Positions 26,245-39,046 of a DNA stretch of 64,000 nucleotides are shown here, in pieces (position 1 is the stretch's first letter; each line of letters opens with the position of its first letter). The stretch lies in assembly GCF_006345805.1 (NCBI RefSeq), contig NC_043005.1:11160001-11224000 (forward strand). Reading direction: 5' to 3'. Under the pieces are notes generated by a model. It made no database searches, had not been told where the DNA came from, and saw only the letters and a list, made by a program, of their open reading frames with translations. This DNA is from Octopus sinensis. Taxonomy: Eukaryota. A program made the position numbers and the translations under genes.

Positions 26245-26291
26245 CTCTGATATACCGGTGTTTCAGCATTATTACGCTTCCTCAGTCATAG
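26245..26291 (-). ncRNA. Minimal type I hammerhead motif
   Basis: Minus strand CTATGA-CTGAGGA-AGCG/TGCT-GAA-ACACCGGTAT-A-TCAGAG; palindromic stem III with one mismatch. Confidence 0.7.
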
Positions 26292-26566
26292 CTACCACTC
26301 AGTCATCTGAAGTTAAACTACAGCGAAAAACATATCCGCATCCAAGTTTTCCGAAACATGTTAAGAATAAATACACACAACATTGTTTATAAGTGGATTT
26401 CTGTTTTCTATTAGAAAAATGGCTCCACTTTCTGTATTGAATCTTGTATGCCTATCGTTATATCATATTCGATTTATTTAAGCACCAATAAATTTCCCCC
26501 AGTATTGTGAACATGTATAAACATGTCTCCCATCATCGCACAATTTATTTCACCTTATTCTTCAAA

Positions 26567-26896
26567 GGCGCATGGCTCAGTGGTTAGAGCGTCGAGCTTA
26601 CGATCGTGAGGTTGTGAGTTCGATTCCCGGACCGGGCTGCGTGTTGTGTTCTTGAGCAAGGCACTTTATTTCACGTTGCTCCAGTTCACTCAGCTGTAGA
26701 AATGAGTGCGACGTCACTGGTGCCAAGCTGTATCGACCTTGTCTTTCCCTTGGATAACTGGTGGCGTGGAGAGGGGAGGCCGGTATTCATGGGGCACTGC
26801 TGGCCTCCATAAACAACCTTGCCCGGACTTGTGTCTAGGAGGGTAACTTTCTAGGTGCAATCCCATGGTCATTCATGACCGAAGGTGGTCTTTACT
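26567..26896 (+). mobile_element. SINE family D (tRNA-derived), full length
   Basis: A box TGGCTCAGTGG, B box AGTTCGATTCC; 12-bp TSD TTATTCTTCAAA. Confidence 0.88.
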
Positions 26897-27337
26897 TTAT
26901 TCTTCAAAACACGCTTAAACACAAATGCATTCACATCTTTCTCTTCTTTGCTTTAATCTCTCCATATAGCCAATCATAGAAAGTAAAATTTCCTATAGAA
27001 TAAATATCCGTTTTCTACTCTATATCATGGCCTCTAACTAGACCCAGTGTTATTGCAGCTCAGCAAACGGTCTACCTTTTACTATTTCTTTTTCTTTCTG
27101 TCTCTTCCTTTGCTTCCTCTCAATCCGCTTTTAACTATTTTTATCCTATTCGTTTCTCCAGTAAGAGGTTTGTTTCACAGCCACACGGTTCCAGCTTCAG
27201 TCTCACTACGTGGTAACTTAGCCAAGTGTCTTCTAAAGTAGCCTCGGGCTGACCTTAGCTTTGAGAGTGGATTTGATGGACGGTATGTGATATATGCATG
27301 TATGTATATATGTAATATAAGCAAATATGTGAGTATA

Positions 27338-27566
27338 TTCTTTTCTTTTCTTTTCTTTTACTTGTTTCAGTCATTTGACTGCGGCCATGCTGGAGCACTG
27401 CCTTTAGTCGAGCAAATCGACCCCGGGACTTATACATTGTAAGCCCAGTACTTATTCTATCGGTCTCTTTTGCCGAAACGCTAAGTGACAGGGACATAAA
27501 CACACCAGCATCGGTTGTCAAGCAATGCTAGGGGGACAAACACAAACATACATGCACAAACACATG

Positions 27567-27606
<40 letters not shown>

Positions 27607-27769
27607 CGACAGGCTTCTTTTAGTTTCCATCTACCAAATCCACTCACAAGGCTTTGGTCGGCCTGAGACTATAGTAGAAGACACTTGCCCAAGGTGCCAT
27701 GCAGTGGGACTGAACCCAGAACCATGTGGTTGGTAAACAAGCTACTTACCACACAGCCACTCCTGCGCC
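27338..27769 (-). mobile_element. SINE family B, full length
   Basis: Family motifs. Confidence 0.9.
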
Positions 27770-27957
27770 TATATATTTTATAAACAACTTATAATTATTT
27801 CTATGCCAATATGCTGCTCTTAGCATATTGGCATAGAATAATTTTTTCTTTTGCCCTTGTTTATAAGTTATTTATAATTTTAACCTTTAAAGGTATTTTA
27901 ATATGCTGCCACTTTTGATGAAATCTTTTCTGAAAAATTTTTTATCCTATATTAATA

Positions 27958-28358
27958 GTATACTCTTTTATTGTTTCAGTCATTTGACTGCGGCCATGCT
28001 GGAGCACCGCCTTTAGTCGAGCAAATCGACCCCGGGACTTATTCTTTGTAAGCCCAGTACTTATTCTATCGGTCTCTTTTGCCGAACCGCTAAGTGACGG
28101 GAACATAAACACACCAGCATCGGTTGTCAAGCAATGTTAGGGGGGCAAACACAGACACACAAACACACACATACACATATATATATACATATATACGACG
28201 GGCTTCTTTCAGTTTCCGTCTACCAAATCCATTCACAAAGCATTGGTCGGCCCGGGGGTATAGCAGAAGACACTTGCCCAAGATGCCACGTAGTGGGACT
28301 AAACCCGGAACCATGTGGTTGGTTAGCAAGCTACTTACCACACAGCCACTCCCACGCC
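27958..28358 (-). mobile_element. SINE family B, full length
   Basis: Family motifs. Confidence 0.9.
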
Positions 28359-28380
28359 TATATATATATATATATATATA

Positions 28381-28432
28381 GGCGCAGGAGTGGCTGTGTG
28401 GTAAGTAGCTTGCTAACCAATATATATATAAT

Positions 28433-28464
<32 letters not shown>

Positions 28465-28856
28465 GGCGCAGGAGTGGCTGTGTGGTAAGTAGCTTGCTAA
28501 CCAATCACATGGTTCCGGGTTTCAGTCCCACTGCGTGGCATCTGGGCAAGTGTCTTCTGCCTATAGCCCGGGCCCCGACCAATGCCTTGTGAGTGGATTT
28601 GGTAGACGGAAACTGAAAGAAGCCTGTCGTATATATGTATATATATATATGTATGTGTGTATTTTGTGTGTCTGTGTTTGTCCCTCTAGCATTGTTTGAC
28701 AACCGATGCTGGTGTGTTTACGTCCCCGTCACTTAGCGGTCCGGCAAAAGAGACCGATAGAATAAGTACTGGGCTTACAAAGAATAAGTCGACTAAAGGC
28801 GGTGCTCCAGCATGGCCGCAGTCAAATGACTGAAACAAGTAAAAAAAAAAAGAAAG
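28381..28856 (+). mobile_element. SINE family B (28465-28856) preceded by a duplicated 40-nt head (28381-28420)
   Basis: GGCGCAGGAGTGGCTGTGTGGTAAGTAGCTTGCTAACCAA occurs twice, separated by (TA)n. Confidence 0.9.
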
Positions 28857-29117
28857 TATATATATATATACACACACACACTACTAATATAGGATAAAAA
28901 TTGCAACCTCTATGGGAAGCTTTATGTAGGTCAGACGGGCCGACCGGGATGTTCGGCTTTGTTCCAACACTCCAGTCGCCCGTCACTTCCGCTTGGCCAA
29001 CCATTCCCCCCTAACATCTCCGTCTTTAAACGTTATGTAAATATGTATATATATATATATATATTAACGTACATGTATGATGCCCACATATATATATACG
29101 TAAATATATCATATATG

Positions 29118-29181
<64 letters not shown>

Positions 29182-29621
29182 ATCTATCTATCTATCTATC
29201 TATCTGTCTATCTATCTATCTATCTATTTATCTATCTGTCTATCTATCTGTCTGTCTGTCTGTCTGTCTATCTGTCTGTCTATCTGTCTGTCTGTCTGTC
29301 TGTCTGTATATATATATATATATATATATACATATGTCTGTTTGTGTGTGCTGCATGCATGAATGACTTTGTGTTAGTCTCCACCACTGATGGTTTGTTT
29401 ACGTACCTGTGACTTAGCGATTCAGTATCAAGGGGAACGCCAGAATAAATTAACAGATTTATAAAAGAAATATAAGTAGTGGGGACGATTTACTCAACTA
29501 GATCCTCGAAGGCGGTGCCCCAACACGGCTGCAGACCAGTGACTGAAATAATTGAAAGGCAATAGATATAAGTTAGTGAATCGTGTCCTTACTCGTTTAC
29601 ATTATTGATAAATACCTAACT

Positions 29622-29838
29622 GCAGTGAGCTGGCAGAACTGTTAGCACGCCGGGGGAAATGCTTAGCGGCATTTCGTCCGTATCTGTGTTCTGAGTTCAA
29701 ATTCCGCCGAGGTCAACTTTGTGTCTCATCCTTTCGGAATCGATAAATTAAATGAGAGGGAAACACTTGGTTCGATTTAATCAACTCAAGCGCTTCCTCC
29801 AAATAGCTGCCCTTGTGGCAAAATTTCAAACCGTTATT
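29622..29838 (+). mobile_element. SINE family A, diverged, alternative tail
   Basis: Head GAGCTGGCAGAA, central domain, tail CCTTGTGGCAAAATTTCAAACC. Confidence 0.75.
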
Positions 29839-30129
29839 CATAAATATCTTGTCAGCAGGTAAATATCGGATATGTTATATTTTAGTTTATAAGCATTTAC
29901 ATTTCATAATCTTCGTGTTTGTACACCTCGTTTTGAACGTCTATATAACACCTGTAATGTATCTTAAAACTATTAATAGGTAACAGAAAAACAACTACAG
30001 CAAAAACAAAACAAAACAGAGCAACGACGTTACAAAATCTCATTAAATTTGTGTTGTGATACCTGTTGTCATCGTTGTTGTTGCCGTTGTCTTAGTGATG
30101 ACGACGATAATAGTAAAAATATTAATGAT

Positions 30130-30178
30130 AAAAGTAACGATGATGACAATGATGATGACGCTGATGATGAGGATGATG

Positions 30179-30218
<40 letters not shown>

Positions 30219-30308
30219 AACAACAACAACAACAACAACAATAACAACAACAACAATAATAATAATAATAATAATAGTAATAATAATAATAGTAATAATA
30301 ATAATAAT

Positions 30309-30345
<37 letters not shown>

Positions 30346-30410
30346 TAATAATAATAATAATAATAATAGTAATAATAATAATAGTAATAATAATAATAAT
30401 AATAATAGTC
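30130..30410. repeat. (GAT)/(AAT)/(AAC) compound microsatellite
   Basis: Direct reading. Confidence 0.95.
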
Positions 30411-31594
30411 AATATTGCAAATTGCACAAGAATTGCGTAATTTCCACACACACACATATATATACTCCCACTTGTTTCTGTCTCGGTATACACTGTACAT
30501 GTTATATATATATATGTATATATGAGTATATATGATGTATGTAAATGTAGACAATTCATACATATATAAATATATATCTTTTACATGTTTCCATAAACTT
30601 GTTATACATAGTCAAAAGTGTGCATCTATCTTTCTATTATGTTTATGCATATGAAAGTGAATGCGTGTATATATGTATATATAAATACAGAATTGTAGAA
30701 AATTGTCAAAGATCATATATATACATAAGTTATAATAATGAAGTCAAACCAAATAGCAATGTATTAAAAGAATTTAATACGCACGTGTCAGATCATTGAG
30801 TAATACATCCATTATGCAAGATCTTCCTCAGTTAATTTATTTCAAAATTTGTTCGAATGTATGCACTTATATATGTATAATATATGCACATGCACAGCAC
30901 ACACACAGATGTACACACGTACATGCGCGCACACACACGCAGTATTATAATCAATGTTATTTTTAAAAAGATTTTAGTTCGTCCATACTTATCTGGTTTA
31001 CTTTATTAAACTGAGAGCTTCTAGTAGTCGACTTATATGTTAGAAATACTTGTCAGATAACCCCAAATTTATAGCCTACCTGCTTAAACAAAAAGAGATA
31101 TATGGAAAAAATAGATCACCGTCGCGTATCGCTGTTTTAAATTCATTGATAAACACCTGGAGCACAACGGTTAATGAAACCTTTGCAAAGCAGAAAACTG
31201 TTATCAAGCATAACATGCAAGATTAGGGGTCGGCCATCGGGGTTTCAATATTGCATGAAAATACTTAATATGAATGTCATTACAATATGTGAATTATATA
31301 TTTTTATCAAAATATTCTCAGTTTAGAATTAATTCATTACAATACTGAAATTTTATATTGAACATCAGAAGAAAAAATATTAAATTATATAAACGTACAT
31401 ATATATAATTGATTGAACAATTTGTTCAGAAATTGTTACGAAATCGGCAGCACTGTAGTAGCTATAGTATGATATAATAAGCAATAAATTATTAATAATG
31501 GCAATAATGCAATAAGTTTCAATGATGCACCTCCCTTCGTATTATAGGTAACGTAAATAAACATTATTTCAATACAGGTACCATTATAACGCAG

Positions 31595-31634
<40 letters not shown>

Positions 31635-31993
31635 ACACATATTATATATATATATATATATGCTGCCGTATAATGGTACATGCTATTGAAATAATGTTTA
31701 TTTATGTTACCTATAATATCAACTGGTATCTTAATTACCTCATATTGTAAGATCGTTTAGTATATTGAAATATATACTAGATGTAATGGTCTATACAAAT
31801 CTACATCAACCGGATATATAGAATGCACTTAGCTAGACGGGCAAACATGTATATGTTTGTTTTGAACATGAGTTTGTGTTTTGCGGCTTACATATTACGT
31901 AAAAGATTTAACTTAGAATTTTATATTTTCGTTCCAATATTTCCTTGTATATTAATACACACACACATACAAACACATACTTATGTAGGCGTG

Positions 31994-32039
<46 letters not shown>

Positions 32040-33072
32040 GTAATATATATCATTATGTTAAATACTGAAAGATGCAAAATATAAAAAAAATATATAGTAT
32101 ATATAAAATACGTACCTGAAGAAGCTTCAAATTTTAATGTTTGCTCACTGTGTTAATATACCATAATGACGTCTGATAGTCCACACTAGTAACGTAATAC
32201 AAATGCACATACATGTAAGTATTTACTAAATACATGCGCATAAATAATTAAATTTTAAGACGAACTAATAGAAAATATATTGGTACAATTTTAATAGAAT
32301 TATATGATCATGTATAACATGAAATATATATTTTGAGAACATCTTTATTTGATTATGCTTTTAATTTATCATATTAATCTTTCTTTGAATTTCCGAAAGT
32401 TTCACACAGATAATTTAATACATACATAGAAAATACACACATTTACACATTCGCATGCAAAAGCAGTGATACATAAACACATAGACACAAAAAAACTAAA
32501 TTGATAACGGGCAGACGCGCACGTACGCACGCGAATACGTTTGGAACACAGAAGTACAAATTATCTCTTCTCCATTATACAGTTTTTCTTTTCGACCGCG
32601 ATAAATTCGATAGAAATAAGATCCTCGCAGACCACTAACTAACTAACTTGCAAGTCTACTAACTCGACCGTTTCTTAACCTTCTCTCAACTTTGATTTTA
32701 TTTAAAACAACGACGAAGCAACGTGGAAAGGTTCTTACGGAATGAAATGCTTCGTGCGAACTGCAACGATCTTCTCACCCCGTCTTTTTCAAATACTTAA
32801 TCCTGAGAGGGATGTGACAGCAGGGCCCTTACGCTTTCAACTGGGCCCTGTTACAAGCAATCGTTATTAAATGATCCGGCTGGATTCCCAAACAGAATAA
32901 TTTGGAAACGTTCTTCTTTAGTCAAAATATCTTTAGCCATTAAGAAATACCCGGTATTTAACACGGACTTTATTTTATCGATCCTTGAAAATAATAACGC
33001 AGATTGGTTTCGGTGGTATTTTAGAGCAAAGAGTTGGAACAAATTCCACGAGGCATTTTATCCAATGCTCTA

Positions 33073-33121
33073 ATGATTCTGGCAGTCCACTTCTCAAAAT
33101 GGTTTCTAATTTCGGCGCAAG
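33073..33121 (+). CDS. Candidate short first coding exon (signal-peptide-like), unverified
   Basis: ATG..MILAVHFSKWFLISAQ-G ending at donor AAG|GTGAGG (phase 1), downstream of a CpG-enriched unique region; no downstream exon identified. Confidence 0.25.
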
Positions 33122-33256
33122 GTGAGGGCGGCAAGCTGGCAGAATCGTACATAAATGCACACGTATATGTACACAGAAGCGTACATATATGTGTGTATGC
33201 ATGTTTGCTTACGTAAACATACATACATATATACACACGAACATCCACACATACAT

Positions 33257-33476
33257 ATTAGGGGGTGCTGAAAAGTTTCTGGCTTTGGATAAAAGAAAAT
33301 ACAGAAGGATCCGTTAATTATGATTTTATTCAGCATATTCCACTCACAGATTCACACATTTATTGCAGAAGTCCGTCAGTTTTACTAAGCCCTGTAGAAG
33401 AACTCAGTAGGTTGGGCTTTCAGATAGGCCTCTTGCGATCCCCTTACAACCAGGTACTTTTCAGCTAACCCTCGTG
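33257..33476. mobile_element. Mariner-type MITE
   Basis: Imperfect TIRs GGGGTGCTGAAAAGTTTCTGG / CCAGGTACTTTTCAGCTAACCCTCGT; related left end at 45453. Confidence 0.7.
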
Positions 33477-33479
33477 TGT

Positions 33480-33960
<481 letters not shown>

Positions 33961-36659
33961 GTGTGTGTGTGTGTATGTGCATGTGATTCTTCATTCCTCA
34001 CGGTCAGTTGTGGTAGAATGCGGTTTCTAAGATAGAAACATTGGAGGATTTCAATGAATTCTACTCTGGAAGGTAATAAAACACTCCTTATTTACACAAT
34101 ACTTCGATTGCTTATCGCGGTGGATGAGAGAGTTGTTACGTAGCAACCAGACCTGTTAGAAATAGCAGCAAAATCTCCATGAAATCGCATCCTTGGGGGA
34201 AAGAAGCGCACATTAGCTTATGCAGCCCTATGAACCTTAAAAATTTTGGAATGTATTTGATCGCAGGCTTTCTCAGCTAGGGCTGAAATGTGTCTAAATT
34301 GCAACAACGATGGTTGGTGGTATCACAACTTTGTACCTCTAAACGACTCAAAACACTGTGCGCATTTAAACATTTAATTGCGTTCGGTATTTAGACCGTA
34401 AAGCTTTATCGACTGCATGCAAAATGCAGGCCTTTCTTTCGGCAATTCGGTTCCCCCATCGATTAACCTGTCAATGTCGTGATAGATGGACAATGTTGAG
34501 AGAACGGTGGACAGAGGTGACTTAGCATTACATAATTGGGTACTTTCACGTCCCAGGTTTTTATCTCTCCACCACAGAGTCAGCTTTATCTTTCATACTT
34601 AGTGAGTAGGGAAGTTATTAAAATAAATAACCTGTGTTTTTCTTTTTTCTTTTGCTAGCAGGCCAAGCGATCACGCAAAGGCTCTATGATCAGGACTTGC
34701 TTCTTTTGATGCCTAAAATTTCACGTATTATTTATCGTTTCCTAGGATACAGCACTATGCTGGTTAAAGATAAGAAATGGTAGCTTTTCACTTGAGATTA
34801 CAATAGTTTATCTAAATGAATATCTGTAGTACTTCATTGTTTTTATAAGTTGCAGAAGAAAGAAAAAAAATGCTGCTTCCAGTCGTTAGTTAGTAAAATT
34901 TTAATTAAAACTGTAAATTATCTTCTATGTAACGCTGCTTTCAACCTAATTCTTTTGAAAGCATGGTTTTTAGTTTCCTAGCAAAAATATTATGTGAAAA
35001 TACAAAGAACTACTTATGAAAATAATATGCAAAAACATGTGGATACACATAACATATATGTATGCATCTATTTATGTATATGTATGTATGTGTATGTATG
35101 TATGTATGTATATGCATATTATGTATATGTATGTATATACATATATATATATGCATATATATGTATATATATAAGTATGCATGTATACATACATAGTGTG
35201 TATGAATGTAAGTTTGTATGTATGTACGAATACATAAACAATCATACATGCAAGAACACATATATGAGTATGTTTGCATTTATGAAAGTGTGTAAATATA
35301 GACACACGCAGCAAATATATGGTAAACTAAACGAAAAACAGACAGGCAACATGGACAAACATTGTATTTATCGCTTAAATGCTAGTGTTAAGTTTCTTAA
35401 GTTCTTAAATCATCATGAAAGGTATAGTGTAGACGTTTCAGACAAGATGCATCTTCAAGCGAGAGAGAGAGAGAGATAAAGAAAGAAGTTGACTATTACC
35501 CCTGCTTCCCTTCCTCAGAACCAGAAATCTGCTGGTTGTATTTTGCCGTAAAGCTTTGCTTACACTTAGGAGTCCTGTTCAAAAAGCAAAATTGAAGTGT
35601 TTCTTCAAATTAACCCCATGGCATTTTCTGGCTTGTTCCTTTAAATACACTTATTTAGTATTGCGCTAAATGGATATATAAAATATAGCAATCATAATTC
35701 GTGTCGGTTCTAATCCTTAAACGTATTCGATTCAGCACTTTTATGAATTCTTTCTCAGTCTGTCAAACCCAATATCACTTGCATTGTGAAAGGCTAAGAG
35801 CCAGTCTTTTTCATAAGCCTCTCTTCAAGCTAGCAAATTTCTACAGCGATTTTACAATTCCTTCCTGTCATATGCTCCCATGAGGACGTCAAACAATTCG
35901 TCTCCAGTTTATATATTTTTTATTCCAGAAGAATTTTAACCGCCCCCACAAAAGTAAAAAGTAAATAGGATTTCATAGAATTTAGGACCTTCATTGAACA
36001 TGGCTCGTCACCTAGTTGCATATGTAGTATATACACTTGCATGTCCATTTCTATTTTTAGGAAGACTGGCAGTTAGCCATCCATGTAAGTCTATATTCTC
36101 TATCCATGGAAAAGACCAATAGAAAAGGCCGCCAACTTTAGCCGGTACATCTTGCACCATTGACGTCGCAAGCATTAATTTCAGAATGCAAAGGGCCGGA
36201 ATAAATACTGCAAGGCCCTCTATCAGTTTCCCCACCCATTACCCTTAATTGACACATTTTTATTAACCTCGAAAAGGTGGAAATGAAAATTAACCTCGGT
36301 GATATTCAAGTCAAACCGTAGAATGTTGAAACAAATACCCCGTAGAATTCTCTCCAATATTCTATGAAACTCTACCAATTCGCCATTATTTTCTAAGAAT
36401 GCAGAATGATATCAGGTTTACTGATGGTATAGTGGGTACACTTGCTAAGTGAAAGAAATGATTTGGTCTATGTCTATCATTGTTTGAATTGCACAATAGT
36501 GGTTTTATCTCTAAATTATATTTTATGTATTTATATTGTGAAATTTGATTTAATACTAAATTGAATTTTTCCCTGTAAGTTTGGAGTTATACTCCCTATT
36601 ATTATTATTTTTAAAAATTATTATTATTGCTGTTGTTGTTATTATTATTATTATCATTA

Positions 36660-36718
<59 letters not shown>

Positions 36719-37164
36719 TTTATTATTATCATTATTATTATTATTATTATATTATATATATAAATATATATATAAATCTTCACCTATTCATGTAACACCC
36801 CTGCGATAATCATAGCGCACACGTACATTCCACTTTTTGCATTTTATTTATCAATAATATTTATCATTAATTTCTTTATCCTATCCATCTTTAACTTTAA
36901 TTTTCACTTTAACTGTTACTTGCTTTTTAATCTTTTCTCATTGACCTTCATGTATATCTTTATATGCGAATATTTCGGCTCTTCACCTGCGAAACCGATT
37001 CACATCTTTACACCGAATCCTTTCGTGTTTCTTTTTTCTTTTCTCAATATTTCTCTCTCTCTCTTTTCCTTTCTCTTATTTTCACCTTCCTTCTTTTGTT
37101 ATTTATCTTAGACCCATTTATGCTTTTTATAATTATATTGCAAATGTTCAGTTTGTATTTAACG

Positions 37165-37896
37165 ATTTAGAGGGAGGGGCAAATAAATTACTTTGACCCA
37201 ACGTTTAACTGGTACTTAATTTATCGACATTGGAAGGATAAAAGGTAGACTCTACCTCGGTGGAATTTGAACTCAGAACTCAGAAAAACGGATGAAATAC
37301 CTATTTCTTTATTGCCCACAAGGGGACACAGAGAGGACAAACAAGGACAGACAAACGGATTAAGTCAATTACATCGACCCCAGTGTGTAACTGGTACTTA
37401 TTTAATCGACCCCGAAAAGATGAAAGGCAAAGTCGATCTCGGCAGAATTTGAACTTAGAACGTAAAGAGAGACGAAATACCTATTTCTTTACTACCCACA
37501 AGGGGCTAAACACAGAGAGGACAAACAAGGACAGACAAACGGATTAAGTCGATTATATTGACCCCAGTACGTAACTGGTACTTATTTAATCGACCCCGAA
37601 AGGATGAAATGCAAAGGCGACCTCGGCGGAATTTGAACTCAGAACGTAGCGGCAGACGAAATACCTATTTCTTTACTACCCACAAGGGGCTAAACACAGA
37701 GAGGACAAACAAGGACAGACAAACGGATTAAGTCAATTACATCGACCCCAGTGTGTAACTGGTACTTATCTAATCGACCCGGAAAGGATGAAGGGCAAAG
37801 TCGACCTCGGCGGAATTTGACCTCAGAACGTAGCGGCAGACGAAATACCGCTAAACATTTCGCCCGGCGCTCTAACGATTCTGCCTACTCACCGCC
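37165..37896 (-). mobile_element. SINE family A tetramer (one head, four bodies)
   Basis: Junctions GAAATACC|TATTTCTTT at 37301, 37481 and 37665; period 180-184 bp. Confidence 0.9.
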
Positions 37897-38179
37897 TTAC
37901 TTAATAAAAAGTTGTTAACCAATAACATTCTTTCGTTCTAAATTTTCTGCTATATGTTATTCAGTCAAAATTACCAAATATCTCTAATGTATGTCATATA
38001 GATATGTTTCCGAGTTCAAAATTGTTCGAAGACGGGAACTAAGAAATTTTGAGTTGCGATCTGGGGAACTTCAGTTTCCAAAAACGAAAATATTACATAT
38101 AAAATAATACATATAACTCGACCTAATACTGACTACCCCCTTTTCTGAACTGTCAATGTTTTTACTCTGAATTGAAGAA

Positions 38180-38345
38180 TGCGGCTGCAACAGCACTTTG
38201 AACACATCGTATTCAACACTGCTTGTCACAAAAGCTATCCCAGTAACCAACTACTCCGCAGAAATGACCATCAAAACTCTCCCTACAGCCCAGACCTTGC
38301 TCTCTGTTACCTTTGCTTGTTCCTCAAGCTAAAGAAGATCATCAA
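38180..38345 (+). pseudogene. Mariner transposase fragment
   Basis: NSPYSPDLALCYLCLFLKLKK matches HPPYSPDLAPxDFxLFxxLK. Confidence 0.75.
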
Positions 38346-38359
38346 GAACATGGGCCGTA

Positions 38360-39040
38360 ACAGATGCTAGGTAGGAGGCCACTGCGAAGCCAAAGTGGTC
38401 ATCTTTCAAGTTGAAGTACTAGCAAACCCTAGCAATACTACCGGCAGTAGCAGTAGCAGCCGTAGACATGAGAATAGAACCAGGAATACCATCATTATCG
38501 CCACAGTTAACATCATTAGCATCAATAACAATAACAGCACCAGCGACAGCACTGGCAATTCCTCCAAAGGCAACAACACTAACAACAACAGTAGCATCAC
38601 CATTAACACCAGTATTACCAAGAGCTCCCTTAATGTCCACAGGAGCAGACTTAACAGCCCCTATAGCAGCAGCAATGACAGTAGCCCCAGCAGAAAAACC
38701 AGCGGACCCACAGCTAAAGAAACCTCTAGCAGTAATGGCAGCTCTCTCACCAATGACGAGGACCACAATTATAATAACAACAGAGACTTCACCATTGGAT
38801 ATTCCGCGAACTCTTTCAAGCAACGTCTCTTCAACCACAGGTCCTCCTTCAGAGTTCCGGAAAAGAGACATAACATCACTGGCCAGCCACGCCTGGCAAC
38901 TAAGAGACGATGGGATTCCATAGTCGATCCCATGGAAAATCCTCGAGAACCCAGGCCCCTACATCAACTGGACGATGCGACGGAAGTCATATACAGCGGC
39001 CTAGTGGGAAAAAATTAAATAGTCATAGACCATTTATAAG
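38360..39040 (+). pseudogene. Decayed Penelope-like element GIY-YIG endonuclease with low-complexity insertion
   Basis: RC*VGGHCEAKVVIFQVEV ... IGYSANSFKQRLFNHRSSFR, then after a frameshift TSLASHAWQLRDDGIP*SIPWKILENPGPY. Confidence 0.8.
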
Positions 39041-39046
39041 TTCAAC

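Noticed and set aside
26567-26640. tRNA gene candidates (also heads at 1388 and 1870)
   Set aside because: No acceptor stem or T-tract terminator; they continue into SINE bodies with TSDs.
27793-27843. 17-22-bp hairpin between SINE B copies; also the 12-bp hairpin at 3244-3276
   Set aside because: Short AT-rich palindromes with no further support.
32807-33073. 89-codon stop-free frame
   Set aside because: No start codon or recognisable domain; within chance expectation.
37200-37896. Regularly spaced repeats suggestive of a CRISPR array (also 57679-58348)
   Set aside because: Whole units repeat with no unique spacers; they are SINE-derived and the context is eukaryotic.
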